Origin: Schizochytrium sp. TIO01
Lineage: Eukaryota; Protista; Bigyra: Labyrinthulomycetes
Assembly: GCA_004764695.1 (NCBI GenBank)
Contig: SMSO01000033.1
Location: forward strand, 372,001-436,000
DNA length: 64,000 nt
Direction of reading: 5' to 3'
This document shows, in pieces, positions 1 through 11,361 of the stretch. The translations under genes and the position numbers were made by a program. The notes under the pieces were generated by a model. That model did not search any database. It was not told the origin of the DNA and saw only the letters and a program-made list of their open reading frames with translations. The first letter of the stretch is position 1. Each line of letters starts with the position of its first letter.

Positions 1-1124
1 GCGACAGTCTTTTTGTAAGTACGCGAATGTTCATGCCTTGCTTAACAATGTCAAATAAAAAGACAAATGGCTGTACTTGATATCTAACCAGTTTGCCTCG
101 AATGATGTTATAACCTCCCGAAATTGGCATTTCGTCTTCAAGCTCATTGCCTTCACAGCGCTTAAAATAAAATGAAAAGGTATGAAACTCACCTCAAGAA
201 GCTCCACTATAGTTAAGAATTTCGTAGAGAGTCTTGTATAGTACTTCGGAATTTTAGTGTGCCGCATGGAGTTCAAAGATGATGATAAAGTAGGGCCAAA
301 TACTTTCATGGGTACGCGTAAAATTTTGCTACCAACTTAGCGTGGATATCGAATTTATGTAATAGCAAGATATCTTTAAACCAAACCAATAGCGAAAGCT
401 AGATAATAGTCCATTTCATCTGTGGGTAACAAGAAGTGGAAGGCCAAGCCGTCACACTGGTTATTTCTTTTCAACCCTCTCTTAAACAGAAGAAAATTAT
501 CCCATTAATGTGCTTGTCATTGCCTGACTATGAATCACGAACTTAAGCTGTCGTTGGGTGAAGCGCGACATTCGGTTGAGTCAACACACAAGCAAATTGG
601 ATATCAAAGTGTATAAACAATAATTGGAATTATGAAACTATTTTGTTGGCTGTACAATCAAGTTTTTTATGTAGCCAGTGGTGGACTACAGCAGTACTAA
701 AGTTATAATACTAAAACCAGCATGTTCGCATCGATCTAAGTTGCCATGCCAACAACAAAACCAACATGGCGGGAACGCTGACTGACTGTATGTATCAAGA
801 ATGCAGAACCTAAATTTAAGAAATAACATCAGTAGTTTGGGAAATTTATGTACTCGAATTTTTATCCTGCCCTGCAACAAGCTAGTTGGACGCCCCATAG
901 CCTCATCTTTGCGTGAAGAGTCAGTAAGGTGCCATGGATCTGGAGATGAGACGAAAGAGAAGAAGCGTAGAACATATCCTCGCAAAAGAGAAAATTTCAA
1001 AGTTTAAAATGTACGTATTTCTTGGGTTTATAGAAAGAATAAAACGGATAGAGTGATGATGTGTAAACAATTTGTGTTGAGTTCAGGCTTGTATTGTAGA
1101 AAATGGTCAAGAACATCACAATTT

Positions 1125-4100
1125 CTATTGTGTGTTAGTCTCGACTGTGGCAAGAGGCTGCCTTGCCTCCTTGGACTTGCCCTCGATCTTCAGCTTTGCT
1201 TTTTGGCGCTGAGCATGGGCAATCGCAGTGAGATTTGCTGCACGCATAACCTTGGCCGGGTTGATGGTGATCGACTTAGTGGCGTCGTGCGTCTTATAGA
1301 TACCGACGAGGCGATCGGCAAGCTCAAACATATTGTTACGGAGAGAAATGACAATAAATTGAGCGTTGCGCGTACGCTCCTTAATATAGTTTCCAATGAT
1401 AGAAACATTCTTGAAATCAAGGGCAGCATCAATTTCGTCCATCACGTACAAGGGTGTCGGCTTGTAGTGATGAAGCGCAAACACTAGTGCCAGTGAACTA
1501 AGTGTTTTTTCACCACCACTGAGGTTGGCAGTCACCTTCCAAGACTTTTTGGGAGGTCGAACACTGAGCACGAGACCTTCGGAGAATGGGTCGCAGCTGT
1601 CTACGAGCTCAAGTTCGGCGTCACCACCAAGAGTGATCATTTGATACATTTCCTTGAGCTTAAGCGTAATTTGTGAAAATCCAGCCATGAACTCAGTAAG
1701 ACGCTTCTTACGAAGCACCTCACAAGCCTCACGCGCGGAGTCGCGTTCCTGTGTAGCAGAGTCGAGATCCTGAATACGGCTCTTGTACTCGGCATCGCGG
1801 GCACGGTACTCCTCGATCGCGCTAAGGTTGACAACCTTTTTCAGTTTGGCCACCTCGCTATCGAGAGTGTCAATTTCAGCATTGAGCAAGTTCAGATCTA
1901 GTTCAGCAAGTTGTTCGTCAGTGAGGTTCTGCAGAGACATCACCGGACCACTACGTCTGCGGTTCTTAGCACTAGATGTGGCCTTCTTAGACTCTTGTTC
2001 TTCGCCCTCCTGATCCTCGTTCTCTTCCTTGTCTTCAGCGTCATCTTCATGATCCTTAGCAGGGTCAACTTCCTCGTCACCTTCCTCGACGTCCTTAGCA
2101 TCTTGGTCCTTCATGGCTTCGTTCTCCTCAACTGCGTCAACATCGTCATCTTCTTCATCATTCTGCTCAACTTCGCTAGTCGGTGCAAGATGAGCACGCT
2201 CCTTTGCAATACTAGTAAAGTTCTCACGAAGCTTTTCAAGCTCAGCTTCAAGGCCTTCAATAGCCCGTTGCTTCTGCGGTAAATCGTTATTTTCGTACTG
2301 CTTGAATTGACCCCGCATCTCAATTAGGAGTTCCTGAACCTTGTTGTACTTCTTGGCATGATCTGCAAACTTCACTTGAATTGCCTCGAGCTCCTCACGC
2401 TTAGTCTTCTCTTCACCTTCTACTGCTTCCTTCTCCTGAAGCACGGCAAATGCTTCTTCTTCCATGTTCTTAACTTCGGCTTTCAATTCTTCGATACGCT
2501 TTTCGTTGGCCTCCACCTCTGCCTGAGCTTCTTCCATTGCCGCCTGTGCCTTCTCCGCCTTCGTCTGAGAAGTCTTTACTTCGCTTTGGGCCTTCATGTG
2601 AGCCTTACGGTTGGTCTCGATGTTCTTCTCAATCTCTGCAAGACGGTTACGAAGAGACTTTTCCTTTGGACCACCAAGCTCGGCAATTTTCTGGTGCAAT
2701 GCGGAGGTTTCTTGTTCGAGGGCAGCAAGGTTGGCATGCGCCTTGTCAAAGACCTTTTGCAGGCTTTTTCTCTCAGATTCGAGCTTCGAAAGACGTTTGC
2801 TTTCTTCCTTGGAAAGCTCACAGCGTGGTTCGAGCTCAGCGATACTTTCATGAAGAACTTGCTCCTGCTTGGCAAGCTCCTCGACCTCAAGCCTCATTTT
2901 GGGGATCATGCGGTTGAGTTCGCTGATGAGCTTCTCAAGTCGCACGCGCTCCTTTGAAAGTGCAAGCTTATGCTTGCGAAGATCCTGCAGCTCCTGGATG
3001 AGTGCTTCGGTGTTACGCTGCATCTCGTCAACCTTCTCCTGAGTTACAAGCCCAAACTCATCATCCTCATCATCATCGTTTTCACTCTTGTGCTGAGCTG
3101 CCTTTGACTCGGATGCGCTCAGAAGCATCGCACCTCGTTTAACCTTGCGACCTCCACCAGCCATTGTACCCGAGGTATCAATGACCTCTCCTGCAAGTGT
3201 CACCACGCGGTGCACGCACTTATCACCTTTGTACGCAATTCGGACTGCCTGATCGAGGTCTTCTGCGACGAGTGTATCACGCATCGCATAGTAGAATGCG
3301 GTTCTAAATCGTTCATCACGCGGTTTGACAAGGTCGAAAAGTCGAGGCACATTTTCGGGGGTCTCTAGTTTACGATCCATCTTCTCCCGCAAGTGCTTGA
3401 ACTTCTCCAGAATCGCAAACGTGGCTCGACCAAGATTCCGTTTACGCAGGAACTCTACGCAGGCCTCAGCGTCTGTGGTCTTCTCTGTCACAAGATATCC
3501 GAGGCCTCCGCATGCAGTGGAAACGGCGACATCGTATTTGGGGTCGATTGACCCTAGATCTCCAAGGCGGCCGTAAAGATCAGTCTTAGACAGCGCTCCC
3601 TTCTTATCAGACTTCGCTTCCATCAAACTGCGCAGAAGAACGCCTTGATTGGCAGTTTGTGCGAGCTGTGCCTTTGCGCCCTCAGTCTTGGCACGAGCCT
3701 TGCTGACCTTGCCCTCGAGGTCTGTCTCCTTGGCTGCTGCTTCTTCAAATTCAGCATTCACTTTCTCTAGGTCGTTCTGTGCCCTTTTAAGGTCCTTCTC
3801 AGCTTGCTTGATCTCCTGAGGACGAGATGCAACTGCAGCTTGGAGTTCCTGCGCTTTCTCGCGAGCCTGCTCAAGCTGCGCTTTAGCAGACTCAGTGCTT
3901 TCGCGGACAAGGTCGATCTCGGTTCCAGCCACATCGAGTTTAGACTTGGCAGCAGCCGCCTCTTCGCTCAATGGAGCCAGGTTTTGCTGCTTGGCCTCAA
4001 GTTCTGCTCGGAGCTGACTAGTCTCGCCCTGGAGGGACTCAAAGAGAGCCTCGAGCTGGGCTTCTGTAGACTTTCGAGCCTCCAAAAGATCTTCTGCTGC

Positions 4101-5318
4101 GGACTCGAGCTGGGGCACGGTCTCTTCTGCCGCCTTTTGTGATGCCAGAAGCAGCTTCTTTTGAGCCTTTTCATGCTTTGCTACGCTCTTTGCGAGCTCC
4201 TTGGTCTGGCCTTGGGCGTGCTTGAGATTCTCGCGGATTTTGATATCCTCACGTTCAAAGTTTGCCCAGGCCTTTTCGCTTTTCTGCAAACGGTCAGTGA
4301 GCGCTGCATGCTCTTTATTGAGGGTCTTGAGCTCTGCCTTGAGTGCATTCTCCTCTGCAGTTGCTGTCGCCGAGGATTCCTCTTCTTCGCTAAGGCGTTC
4401 CGCGAGCTTGTCTCGTTTCGTTTCAATTTCTGCAAGCTCTTTTCGGTTCCTGCTGAGATGGTACTGAATCATAGCGCCTCGTTTCTGGATAAGCTGCGAT
4501 TCCTTTCGCAAGAAGTCCTCCGCTTCGTTCTTCGCATCCTCGAGACTATCCTTTTCCTTTTCTACAACCTTGACGCGACCAAGTTTCTCGGTTCGTGCCT
4601 GCGTCAACTCCTCCACCGACTTTGATGCTTCCTCGATAGCCTCGAGATATTTGTTCGATCCAATGATCTCTTCAAGATACTCCAAAAGACCTTCTTCATG
4701 CGGTGATTGTCCTTTGGGTTTCATGAGTGAGATCTGTTCAACCTCACCCTGAAGAATCAAGAAGCGATTGTTGTGCAGGTCAATGCCTCTGGTCTGCAAA
4801 AGGTCTGCAACTTCGGAGAACGATTTTTTCTTACCGTCGACGTAGTAGTCTGATTTGTTGTTGCGGTCTGCCACGCGGCTTACCTCGAGGAGCGAGCCAG
4901 GAACAACGTCGAAGCCTTCGTCGTCGTCCTCGTTGACGTACTCCCTGTCGATGATGTTCTGAAAATACACGGTGACCTTGGCGAACTCGCAGTCCGGGTG
5001 CGCCGTGGAATTATGGATGAGCTCAGAGACCTTGTTGAGGCGGAGTTTCTTTGCACGTTTGCCGAAGACGAAGAGCATAGCGTCGATCACGTTGGACTTA
5101 CCACTTCCGTTTGGGCCGACGACGGCACTGAAGCACTTATGGAAAGGACCAATACGCTTAACGCCAGCATATGACTTGAAGTTCTCAAGAACCATTTCGC
5201 GGATCATCAGTCTTGAGCCAGGGAAAGGGCTATCGTGGACTTTAGGAGCAGTGGAGTCCACCACGGGATCGTCGTGGATGCCTTCATTTTGGCCATCAGA
5301 CAGTGAGGGATCTGACAT
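1125..5318 (-). CDS. SMC4: Condensin ATPase subunit SMC4
   Basis: Single ~1397-aa ORF from the first ATG at 5318. Walker A GPNGSGKSN, the SMC4-typical RFLILQGEVEQIS, long coiled coils, hinge (YGRLGDLG...SGTMAGGG), LSGGEKT signature and Walker B YVMDEIDAALD. Confidence 0.97.
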   Translation of the reverse strand: MSDPSLSDGQNEGIHDDPVVDSTAPKVHDSPFPGSRLMIREMVLENFKSYAGVKRIGPFHKCFSAVVGPNGSGKSNVIDAMLFVFGKRAKKLRLNKVSELIHNSTAHPDCEFAKVTVYFQNIIDREYVNEDDDEGFDVVPGSLLEVSRVADRNNKSDYYVDGKKKSFSEVADLLQTRGIDLHNNRFLILQGEVEQISLMKPKGQSPHEEGLLEYLEEIIGSNKYLEAIEEASKSVEELTQARTEKLGRVKVVEKEKDSLEDAKNEAEDFLRKESQLIQKRGAMIQYHLSRNRKELAEIETKRDKLAERLSEEEESSATATAEENALKAELKTLNKEHAALTDRLQKSEKAWANFEREDIKIRENLKHAQGQTKELAKSVAKHEKAQKKLLLASQKAAEETVPQLESAAEDLLEARKSTEAQLEALFESLQGETSQLRAELEAKQQNLAPLSEEAAAAKSKLDVAGTEIDLVRESTESAKAQLEQAREKAQELQAAVASRPQEIKQAEKDLKRAQNDLEKVNAEFEEAAAKETDLEGKVSKARAKTEGAKAQLAQTANQGVLLRSLMEAKSDKKGALSKTDLYGRLGDLGSIDPKYDVAVSTACGGLGYLVTEKTTDAEACVEFLRKRNLGRATFAILEKFKHLREKMDRKLETPENVPRLFDLVKPRDERFRTAFYYAMRDTLVAEDLDQAVRIAYKGDKCVHRVVTLAGEVIDTSGTMAGGGRKVKRGAMLLSASESKAAQHKSENDDDEDDEFGLVTQEKVDEMQRNTEALIQELQDLRKHKLALSKERVRLEKLISELNRMIPKMRLEVEELAKQEQVLHESIAELEPRCELSKEESKRLSKLESERKSLQKVFDKAHANLAALEQETSALHQKIAELGGPKEKSLRNRLAEIEKNIETNRKAHMKAQSEVKTSQTKAEKAQAAMEEAQAEVEANEKRIEELKAEVKNMEEEAFAVLQEKEAVEGEEKTKREELEAIQVKFADHAKKYNKVQELLIEMRGQFKQYENNDLPQKQRAIEGLEAELEKLRENFTSIAKERAHLAPTSEVEQNDEEDDDVDAVEENEAMKDQDAKDVEEGDEEVDPAKDHEDDAEDKEENEDQEGEEQESKKATSSAKNRRRSGPVMSLQNLTDEQLAELDLNLLNAEIDTLDSEVAKLKKVVNLSAIEEYRARDAEYKSRIQDLDSATQERDSAREACEVLRKKRLTEFMAGFSQITLKLKEMYQMITLGGDAELELVDSCDPFSEGLVLSVRPPKKSWKVTANLSGGEKTLSSLALVFALHHYKPTPLYVMDEIDAALDFKNVSIIGNYIKERTRNAQFIVISLRNNMFELADRLVGIYKTHDATKSITINPAKVMRAANLTAIAHAQRQKAKLKIEGKSKEARQPLATVETNTQ

Positions 5319-7017
5319 TCTCACCGGCAGGCAACCCTCGAAATCGCCGCAAGCACACCCAAATGACCTTGCAGCAGCCCTGCGAAGGTCTCGCGTTTGC
5401 CGCTACTCGAGGTGTCTTCCCTCCCTTCGCAAGAAATAGAGAACTGGTTTCCGTCTTCAATTCAACTCCAAAAGAAATAATAACCAAAAATTAAGCAGCA
5501 GTTTTACATTTTCTGTCTGCTAACTGCCGGGGAAACTGGTACTTGGTCCCCTCTCCAGAATCATTTGACTGCGTGGATATTGACAGAAACTCTGGATCCA
5601 AGAGCCATGCCTTGTTAAATGACACTATGGTACCTCAAGTGTTCTTCAGGGCCTTAAATTGTCAAGATTGCGCTTGTATTGGTCGAGAAATTATCGATTG
5701 AATCCTCCAGTGGAGATCAGAGTCTTGATCTGCGGAATTACGGATAACCGTCGAGGACTACTACAGAAAAAGGTAAGAGGCACATAAGAGTGCTGCACTT
5801 GAGAAAGATGGGCTAGTTCATTATCACTGCTAGTGTTTATATTAATCAGTACTAGGCACAGATAGTAGTTATTAAGTCATAGTAGTACCTTATTATAGTC
5901 CAAGTTCTATTCTAAGTAAGTAGTAGGTAGTAGGTACCTACTACCAATCTATAAGTAGTTATTTAATTCATAGAAGTCTCTCATAACAACGTAAGGAAAA
6001 TAATTATTCGAGATTATAAATGCAAGAGAAACTAGTTGCATCTACTCAGATTGGGGTATCCATCGCAGCAGTCACTGAGTCGATTCGGAAAACTCAAGTA
6101 GATGTGTGAAGGGAGAGAAAAACTGGCATTGATTGTTCAAGGATGTTATCTTTTTTTATTGCTTTGTTCTGCAACTTATGGGTTAACTTTTTTCTGATAG
6201 GTAGCACAACCTGGGTTCTTCTTTTTGCCTGTAGGTTTGCAAGAGATAATCAAGGACATTTGTATTCCCTGCACATCGAAACAGGCGAAGGAGTGATTAA
6301 GCCTTGTGGACTAGGTTGTAAGACCAATAACTGCATGAATGTCTGAAGCTGCCTTGCTATGTTCTTGTTTTCATTTTTAAAAAAATAGTGACAATAAATA
6401 TAGAATGATAAACAAGAAACTGAGTTTTCGTGAATAAGATATTCCCTCATAAGAGGATAACCTTAGCCATTCCTTTGTTTCAATCAAAATCCATGTCCAA
6501 GCATGCATGGCACAAACAAAAGCTTACTAACATAGCACTAAATTACATCAATACTATGTCTGTGTTTCCTTTGATTTTCAAGTAAACGATGGAGTCCTAA
6601 CTCTCTACTGCAGGCGAAAAGACAGATTATGTTGATATGAGTAACCGAAACTGGGTCATTGTTTATAAGCAGCAATTCGTGTTTTCATAGTGGCTATTCC
6701 ATGGTGAAGTCCATAACTCTTCAGCTATCTCTCCCCTGCAACTTCATGAGGGAAAGCCAAATCTCCGAATAGCCGTTAGAAGTCCTAGTCAATGCCGACT
6801 TGTCAAGTACACACGCAAGGCTGTATAAATAAATGATAATGTTTTAGACAGTTTCATAGTGGAGAGCGGATCAGCCCATCGTGTGCAGCAAAAGCCAGAG
6901 GAATTGATACTTCTCGAACATAAAGCTTGAGGCACCCCGCGGCTAGGTGTATCGAGCGACACACACACAACCGTAAGTATTTTGTGAGAATACATCTCTT
7001 TTTAAGAGAAGCTAAAA

Positions 7018-7536
7018 ATGGTTCACGCATATCGTGCCGATGATATGTGGGATGTAGCTGCGAATGGTCAACTCAAGAAGTTGCAACAGCATATCCGGGC
7101 TCGTACAAGCGTGCATCGAGCCCAACACAGAGTGGGAGGTGTTGACGAACCATGTGCTGTCTCAGGTTGGACAGCTCTTCATTTTGCGGCAGCGAACGGA
7201 CGCTTTCGCGCGGCCAAGATGCTTTTGGAGTACGGAGCTGACATCTGGACCCAAACTCGAAGTACTGGTGAAAGTGCAATGCATTTAGCTGCACGAAATT
7301 CGCAAACAAGGGTTGTAAAATTGTTTTTGACATGCTGCGACGGCCTGGACGAGTTTGTAAATGACCACGATGGAAACTCTGTAGTGCATGCAGCTTGCAC
7401 GTCCGGAAATCTTGATTTGGTGAGGGTTTTCTTTGATCGTTTCTCAGCTCAAAGCCTGGCGCTATTGGTAGAGCCGGGGGAGTTTTCTGAAGAAATAGAC
7501 GATTATTTGGAAGAAATGCTGGAGGGGTACTTGTAG
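7018..7536 (+). CDS. Small ankyrin-repeat protein
   Basis: Three ankyrin consensus units: GWTALHFAAANG..LLEYGAD, GESAMHLAARN, GNSVVHAACTSGNLDLVR. Confidence 0.85.
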   Translation: MVHAYRADDMWDVAANGQLKKLQQHIRARTSVHRAQHRVGGVDEPCAVSGWTALHFAAANGRFRAAKMLLEYGADIWTQTRSTGESAMHLAARNSQTRVVKLFLTCCDGLDEFVNDHDGNSVVHAACTSGNLDLVRVFFDRFSAQSLALLVEPGEFSEEIDDYLEEMLEGYL

Positions 7537-7935
7537 AAGGTCATTTACATGAGCTTGCCCAAGCCAAAACGAAACAATTTTAAATTAAAGAATGATTCCA
7601 CTATAAGAGGGCGGTTGCAATGCTCGGCCTGATGATAGCTTCTTACAACAAAAACTTGCATTGCCACATTCACGTTAACAATTCATCGAACGCATCCATA
7701 GATAATGTACTGAGACTCCCCAAACCCTATCTTCTTTAATGAGTAGATAAGTGGTTAGAAAATGTAATCAAATAAATAAGATAAGAAAAAAGATATATTT
7801 TTGCACATGAGAGAATGTAAAATATGGGTTTTTGTGTTCGAAAGTATTTGCTGGGGTGCTTTATAGTATGTAAAATGCTTGATTGCATTGCCCCTGCGTT
7901 GCACTATAATGCAAAGACAAAGACTGATCAATATA

Positions 7936-10900
7936 TCACGATGAGACACCTTGCCGAAAGACCGTAAGCATGCTGCTAAAAAGTACCACCACAACAGTGA
8001 TATCATCGAGCTTGCGGTTTCGTTTTAAGGCGTGGGACAAAAGATCCTCAGCGGCTCCTTCGGACAGAGAGGTCAACAAAGCCGTGTCCGAGTCGATCGC
8101 CTTGCTTTCGTCCTGCACATCGTTTCCCCCCGGAGAATTATCGCGGTTTGGAGAGGAGGTAATGGAGGTAGGGTCCGAGTCGGTATGCGGGCTATTTCTC
8201 AGCCGTTGCAAACAGTAGTCTCGTACAATTGAAGACACTTCATCCTTGCGCAAATTATCCCACAGACCATCTGATGCCACCACCACGAAGAGAAAATCAT
8301 CCTTATAAGCTGGTTCGAAGATATTCACATGAGGCCTGACAATAATAGGAGACTGGGGCTCAATGATAGTTCGCCGTTGATCTTGACTAAACACCTTGTG
8401 GCCAAAATTACCAAAAGCACGAGTCATGTTAAGAGAATGTGCTCCTTCAAGAGCCACATAATTATGGCGACTAGAGGGGCCTCTGCGAATACCATCGCTA
8501 CGGCTAGAACGAGTTTTCGACGCTTTGCGACGTACGCGGGTTTCTGCGATTTGCTTGACACGAATATAATCTTCATTGAGGGGATCCGGAACTGGAGTGT
8601 CTGCAATGGTAAGTGTCTCGGCACGCAGGTTGGGAACTTCTGGGCATCCTGGCTCGACTGGACGCGTAATAAGACGCGCTGGTTCGGAGGTGTCCATTGA
8701 GACAGTCTCAGGACCAATGTTATCGCCATTGTCGGAGACAAATGTTGCTGTCTGTTGCTGCTGAACATTGTTAGCGCTGGGAGCCCCCGTATCTCCTCCA
8801 TTAAATACAGAAACATTTGAACCACTCTGCTCCTCTACTCCGACTGCTTCAGAAATCGCAGGAAGCGTTGATGCGGCAATTGGGTTTGTACCATCCGTAG
8901 AGATGTTCGTAACTTCAGCTGTACTTTCGCCAGCTTCTTCCTTTTTCATAGCCGGAGCAACAGAGTCGTTGACAGCTTGCGGTGAAACAGTTTTAAATGG
9001 GGAGAGGCCGAGTGACCCAGAAACAGAAGGAGTGCCTTGATTGTGGTAACTTGCCACTCCAGAACCGAACATTTGGGTACCCGGCGTCGACGGGGTTCCG
9101 GCTAGCACAGAGGCTGAAGTAGCTCCAATGCCGTTTGCAGCAGAAGGAGGAGACATCGCTAGAGGCATTCCGGAGGCCGTAGATGTAAGCGGAGATCCAA
9201 TGGGCGCACCCGCAGTTGATAACGATGGCATGGATTGCGCAGAGGGTGACGCTGAGAATGAGGAGGAGGAAGACGAGGAGCCAACATTAGATGCAATCGG
9301 GTCATTGAAAGCCGAAGCTGAATCCATCCCATTGTGAGGCGAAATTAAGCCATGAAGCATCATGCCATCTGCGCCAGGGCTCGCTAGGTTACCATCGTCA
9401 AGAATGGGCGTGGGCGGAGCTGCTGCGTCTGCGCCTACCGCTCCTACATGCAAGGCATCATACCCGAGGGACAGTCTTCCAGTATCAACATGTTGATGAT
9501 CACCAGCAGACTGGTCTCTCATTCTTGAATAGTCAACCCCAGGAGGAGAGGGAGCACAACCAGGAGGTGACTGCAGAGCAGCAGCGTAATGTTGTGCCCA
9601 CCCTGATACGTCCTGCTGCTGTTGCTGAGCCTGGATATACTGTTGCTGCTGTTCTTGTTGCTGCTGATGAAGAAAGTAGGATTCCTGATTCATTAATTCA
9701 TGGTAGCGCTGGGAAACTGCAGAACGCGCACCTGGTGTATCAAAGTCCCGTCCGCCAGTATCATTAGTACTCCGAATATAGCCACTACGCGTGACAAGGA
9801 CCGCTTCGGAATCACCAACATTGGCACAATATAGTCGATTATTGGTATAAAGCAGAACGGTAGCTGTAGATCCTTCGTGAGCCGAACGTGGTGCGCGGAG
9901 ACATCTACATGGAGATTCGCGGTAGAAATTACACTTGCACCTTTCATCTCGAAGGTGAGCAAATTCGTGTCCAAGGCGTTCAACATCGCTAAAGAGAGAT
10001 CGGTCTGCCTCCATGAAGCTATGATGCAAGACATCCTCAAGTGGGGCCTCACGACCTTCTCTGTCCAAGACAACTTTGAAACTATCCAGAAAATGTTCAA
10101 AGAGGTACGTGGATGCTCCCGGACCTCCATGGCCATCGAAGACTCCTACGTACAGAGCATTGTCTTCACTTCGATCAAGCGTTAAGTTAGCAATCTGGAA
10201 GCGATCTTCGTTGAGACCCCCATTTTTAATTGTTGGCGCTTTACTAGACCCGGTGCATCCGGCCGCAGCATACGTCATCCCGTTTATGAATTGACGCCCT
10301 GGAGCACTGCTACTTCTGTTGCTGTCGCTGTTGGTAGGGCCGTAAATGCCGCCTCCACTGCAGTTGCTTGGGTTCGAGAGTCGTAATCCGCTTAAGCCTG
10401 CTTCTTGAACTTTGCGTTTGCGTCGAGGGCTTCTGTGAGGAGAATCAAGTCGCGCTGAAGGTGAGTCGTTGTTTGATGCAGTCGCTCCCGTAGCTCCTGC
10501 TTCAGCCAAGTGATCTATAGCAGAGACACCAGTGCCTTCGTGCTCTGAAAATAATGAGGTTGATCCAAAAAGATCGTCTTCAGACTGTTGTGATAGCTGG
10601 GTGGCTGTCTCTGATCGTGTCGCAGCTGAGAGGAGTCGTGGTTCGTGCTGCTGGTGTTGCTGGAGCTGCGCAGCTCCTGACGCCACAAACAACCCGCTCG
10701 CTGGTGAAGATGGCGGTGGAGGAGGGGGCGGTAAAGGAGGGCTTGGTTTCTTCGAATCCGAAGACGTCCCGACTGAATGAGCTGTTGCTGTATTGATCAC
10801 AGGTGCAGTTGTATTTGCTATGTTTGCAGAGTCTGTACGGTCTTCGCGGCTGGAGCTTCCGGGTGGGGAGGAAGAAGATGAAGCGAACCCAGGGGGCGAG

Positions 10901-11361
10901 GAGAGAGCCAGTTTCGAGGCTGCCTGGCCACTAGTGATGGTGTCAGCGTCGTCGTCGGGGTCGTTCTCACAGCTGTTGGCGCGGGACCTCAACTCCGACG
11001 ACGAACTGGAGGCAATTGCGGCCGTGTTCGTAGACGTCGTGGGCAATAATGTAGTTGACGAGCCCGCCGTGGAGACTGGGGAGTTGGCTGGCGCGGAGTG
11101 AATCGTCGTGGTAGGTAACGGCGTTGCCGCCGAGGAGGTTACGCCTGGGGAGAGGGGCGAAGTCAAAAGAGAGCCTGAGAAATGAGTGAATTTCAAATCG
11201 GTGGCGTTTGGGGCTGATGCTTTGATCTTGCCGTTGGGCACAAGACCAACGGGTTTCGTAGAAACAGAAGCGGATAATGCAGGGGATGGTTTGCCACCAC
11301 CACTTGCGGTGGATGGAGGTAGTGTCGGAGCAGGCACTGCCTTGGTCACCGAGATCGACAT
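7936..11361 (-). CDS. PPM/PP2C-family Ser/Thr phosphatase with long low-complexity N-terminus and large intradomain insertion
   Basis: PP2C motifs in order: NEDR, GVFDGHGG, GSTATV, ANVGDSEAVL, LNMTRAFG, VASDGLWD, DDITVVVV. Confidence 0.92.
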   Translation of the reverse strand: MSISVTKAVPAPTLPPSTASGGGKPSPALSASVSTKPVGLVPNGKIKASAPNATDLKFTHFSGSLLTSPLSPGVTSSAATPLPTTTIHSAPANSPVSTAGSSTTLLPTTSTNTAAIASSSSSELRSRANSCENDPDDDADTITSGQAASKLALSSPPGFASSSSSPPGSSSREDRTDSANIANTTAPVINTATAHSVGTSSDSKKPSPPLPPPPPPPSSPASGLFVASGAAQLQQHQQHEPRLLSAATRSETATQLSQQSEDDLFGSTSLFSEHEGTGVSAIDHLAEAGATGATASNNDSPSARLDSPHRSPRRKRKVQEAGLSGLRLSNPSNCSGGGIYGPTNSDSNRSSSAPGRQFINGMTYAAAGCTGSSKAPTIKNGGLNEDRFQIANLTLDRSEDNALYVGVFDGHGGPGASTYLFEHFLDSFKVVLDREGREAPLEDVLHHSFMEADRSLFSDVERLGHEFAHLRDERCKCNFYRESPCRCLRAPRSAHEGSTATVLLYTNNRLYCANVGDSEAVLVTRSGYIRSTNDTGGRDFDTPGARSAVSQRYHELMNQESYFLHQQQQEQQQQYIQAQQQQQDVSGWAQHYAAALQSPPGCAPSPPGVDYSRMRDQSAGDHQHVDTGRLSLGYDALHVGAVGADAAAPPTPILDDGNLASPGADGMMLHGLISPHNGMDSASAFNDPIASNVGSSSSSSSFSASPSAQSMPSLSTAGAPIGSPLTSTASGMPLAMSPPSAANGIGATSASVLAGTPSTPGTQMFGSGVASYHNQGTPSVSGSLGLSPFKTVSPQAVNDSVAPAMKKEEAGESTAEVTNISTDGTNPIAASTLPAISEAVGVEEQSGSNVSVFNGGDTGAPSANNVQQQQTATFVSDNGDNIGPETVSMDTSEPARLITRPVEPGCPEVPNLRAETLTIADTPVPDPLNEDYIRVKQIAETRVRRKASKTRSSRSDGIRRGPSSRHNYVALEGAHSLNMTRAFGNFGHKVFSQDQRRTIIEPQSPIIVRPHVNIFEPAYKDDFLFVVVASDGLWDNLRKDEVSSIVRDYCLQRLRNSPHTDSDPTSITSSPNRDNSPGGNDVQDESKAIDSDTALLTSLSEGAAEDLLSHALKRNRKLDDITVVVVLFSSMLTVFRQGVSS

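Noticed and set aside
31-309. 92-aa minus-strand ORF at the left edge
   Set aside because: No recognisable motif; cannot be told apart from an intergenic ORF or relic without flanking sequence.
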